Assembly (NCBI GenBank): GCA_005789205.1
Contig: SXYM01000011.1
Location: 1-57,867, forward strand
Direction: 5' to 3'
Length of the DNA stretch: 57,867 bases
From: Actinomycetota bacterium
Lineage (GTDB): Bacteria > Actinomycetota > Actinomycetes > Nanopelagicales > Nanopelagicaceae
Below, piece by piece: positions 57,458 to 57,867 of this stretch. The notes below the pieces were generated by a model. The model had not been told where the DNA came from. It was given only the letters and a program-made list of their open reading frames with translations, and searched no databases. Within the stretch, counting starts at the first letter, position 1. Each line of letters starts with the position of its first letter. A program made the translations under genes and the position numbers.

Positions 57458-57867
57458 TTATGCCATAGCCATTTTTAGGTTTTCATCGATTGAGTTCAAG
57501 AACTCCTGTGTAGTTTGATACGGCGCATCATTTGAAATTAAGAGTGACAAGTCCTTAGTCATCTTGCCTTGTTCAACAGTCTCAATACAAACGCGCTCAA
57601 GAACGTCGCAGAACTTTGCAAGATCGACGTTGTTATCTAGCTTGGCACGGTGTGCAAGGCCACGGGTCCACGCAAAGATTGATGCAATTGGATTTGTAGA
57701 AGTTGCTTTACCCGCCTGATGATCACGATAGTGACGAGTAACAGTGCCGTGTGCAGCCTCAGATTCAACAACCTTTCCATCAGGTGTCATCAAAACTGAA
57801 GTCATTAATCCGAGTGATCCATATCCCTGAGCAACGGTGTCTGACTGAACGTCGCCGTCATAGTTCT
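57458..57867 (-). CDS. icd: NADP-dependent isocitrate dehydrogenase (3' part; runs off the window end)
   Basis: [48 protein letters not shown]. Confidence 0.95.
   Translation of the reverse strand, partial: NYDGDVQSDTVAQGYGSLGLMTSVLMTPDGKVVESEAAHGTVTRHYRDHQAGKATSTNPIASIFAWTRGLAHRAKLDNNVDLAKFCDVLERVCIETVEQGKMTKDLSLLISNDAPYQTTQEFLNSIDENLKMAMA

Noticed and set aside
1-57867. CRISPR array, tRNA/rRNA, IS, integrase, prophage or defence system
   Set aside because: No spaced direct repeats, RNA-gene signatures or mobile-element proteins were seen; nearly all sequence is accounted for by housekeeping CDSs.

Overview
This window is gene-dense, streamlined actinobacterial chromosome. Moderate GC, tiny or overlapping intergenic spaces, WhiB, MshB, AccD/AccE, MsiK and DUF3117 are most consistent with a freshwater acI / Ca. 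Nanopelagicales genome; that placement is an inference. Gene blocks from left to right: (1) a minus-strand cell-envelope block (manB, DUF3499, DUF5719, a 1010-aa GT2-membrane protein, whiB, manC); (2) dapC-fdxA, cysS, mshB, moeZ, TetR and a DEAD-box helicase; (3) marC-PHP-DMT-mrp-tatB-htrA-O-methyltransferase-pepA-DUF3117, a stand-alone sigma-region-4 protein, SRPBCC, LOG and dapD; (4) a wall-glycopolymer block (SpoIID, wzt/wzm, GT2, LCP, ugd); (5) purE/purK/birA and acyl-CoA carboxylase genes; (6) a nucleoside uptake and catabolism island of about 16.5 kb (PNP, phosphomutase, deoC, split ALDH, nucleoside hydrolase, ribokinase, cytochrome P450, add, deoA, cdd, BMP-type ABC transporter); (7) trpS, a CNNM/CorC protein, msiK with its leader RNA motif, and icd. 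I saw no tRNA, rRNA, CRISPR array, transposase, integrase or prophage. The best leads are: an orphan P450 translationally coupled into the nucleoside operon beside a His-to-Gly variant nucleoside hydrolase and a ribokinase (a possible pathway for methylated nucleosides); a G.U-rich leader hairpin and an unanchored, basic solute-binding protein in the same island; a stand-alone sigma-4 protein near where sigE-rseA is missing; two identical-geometry 18-bp bidirectional leaderless promoters; a leaderless uORF before the helicase; and a probable non-canonical start codon.
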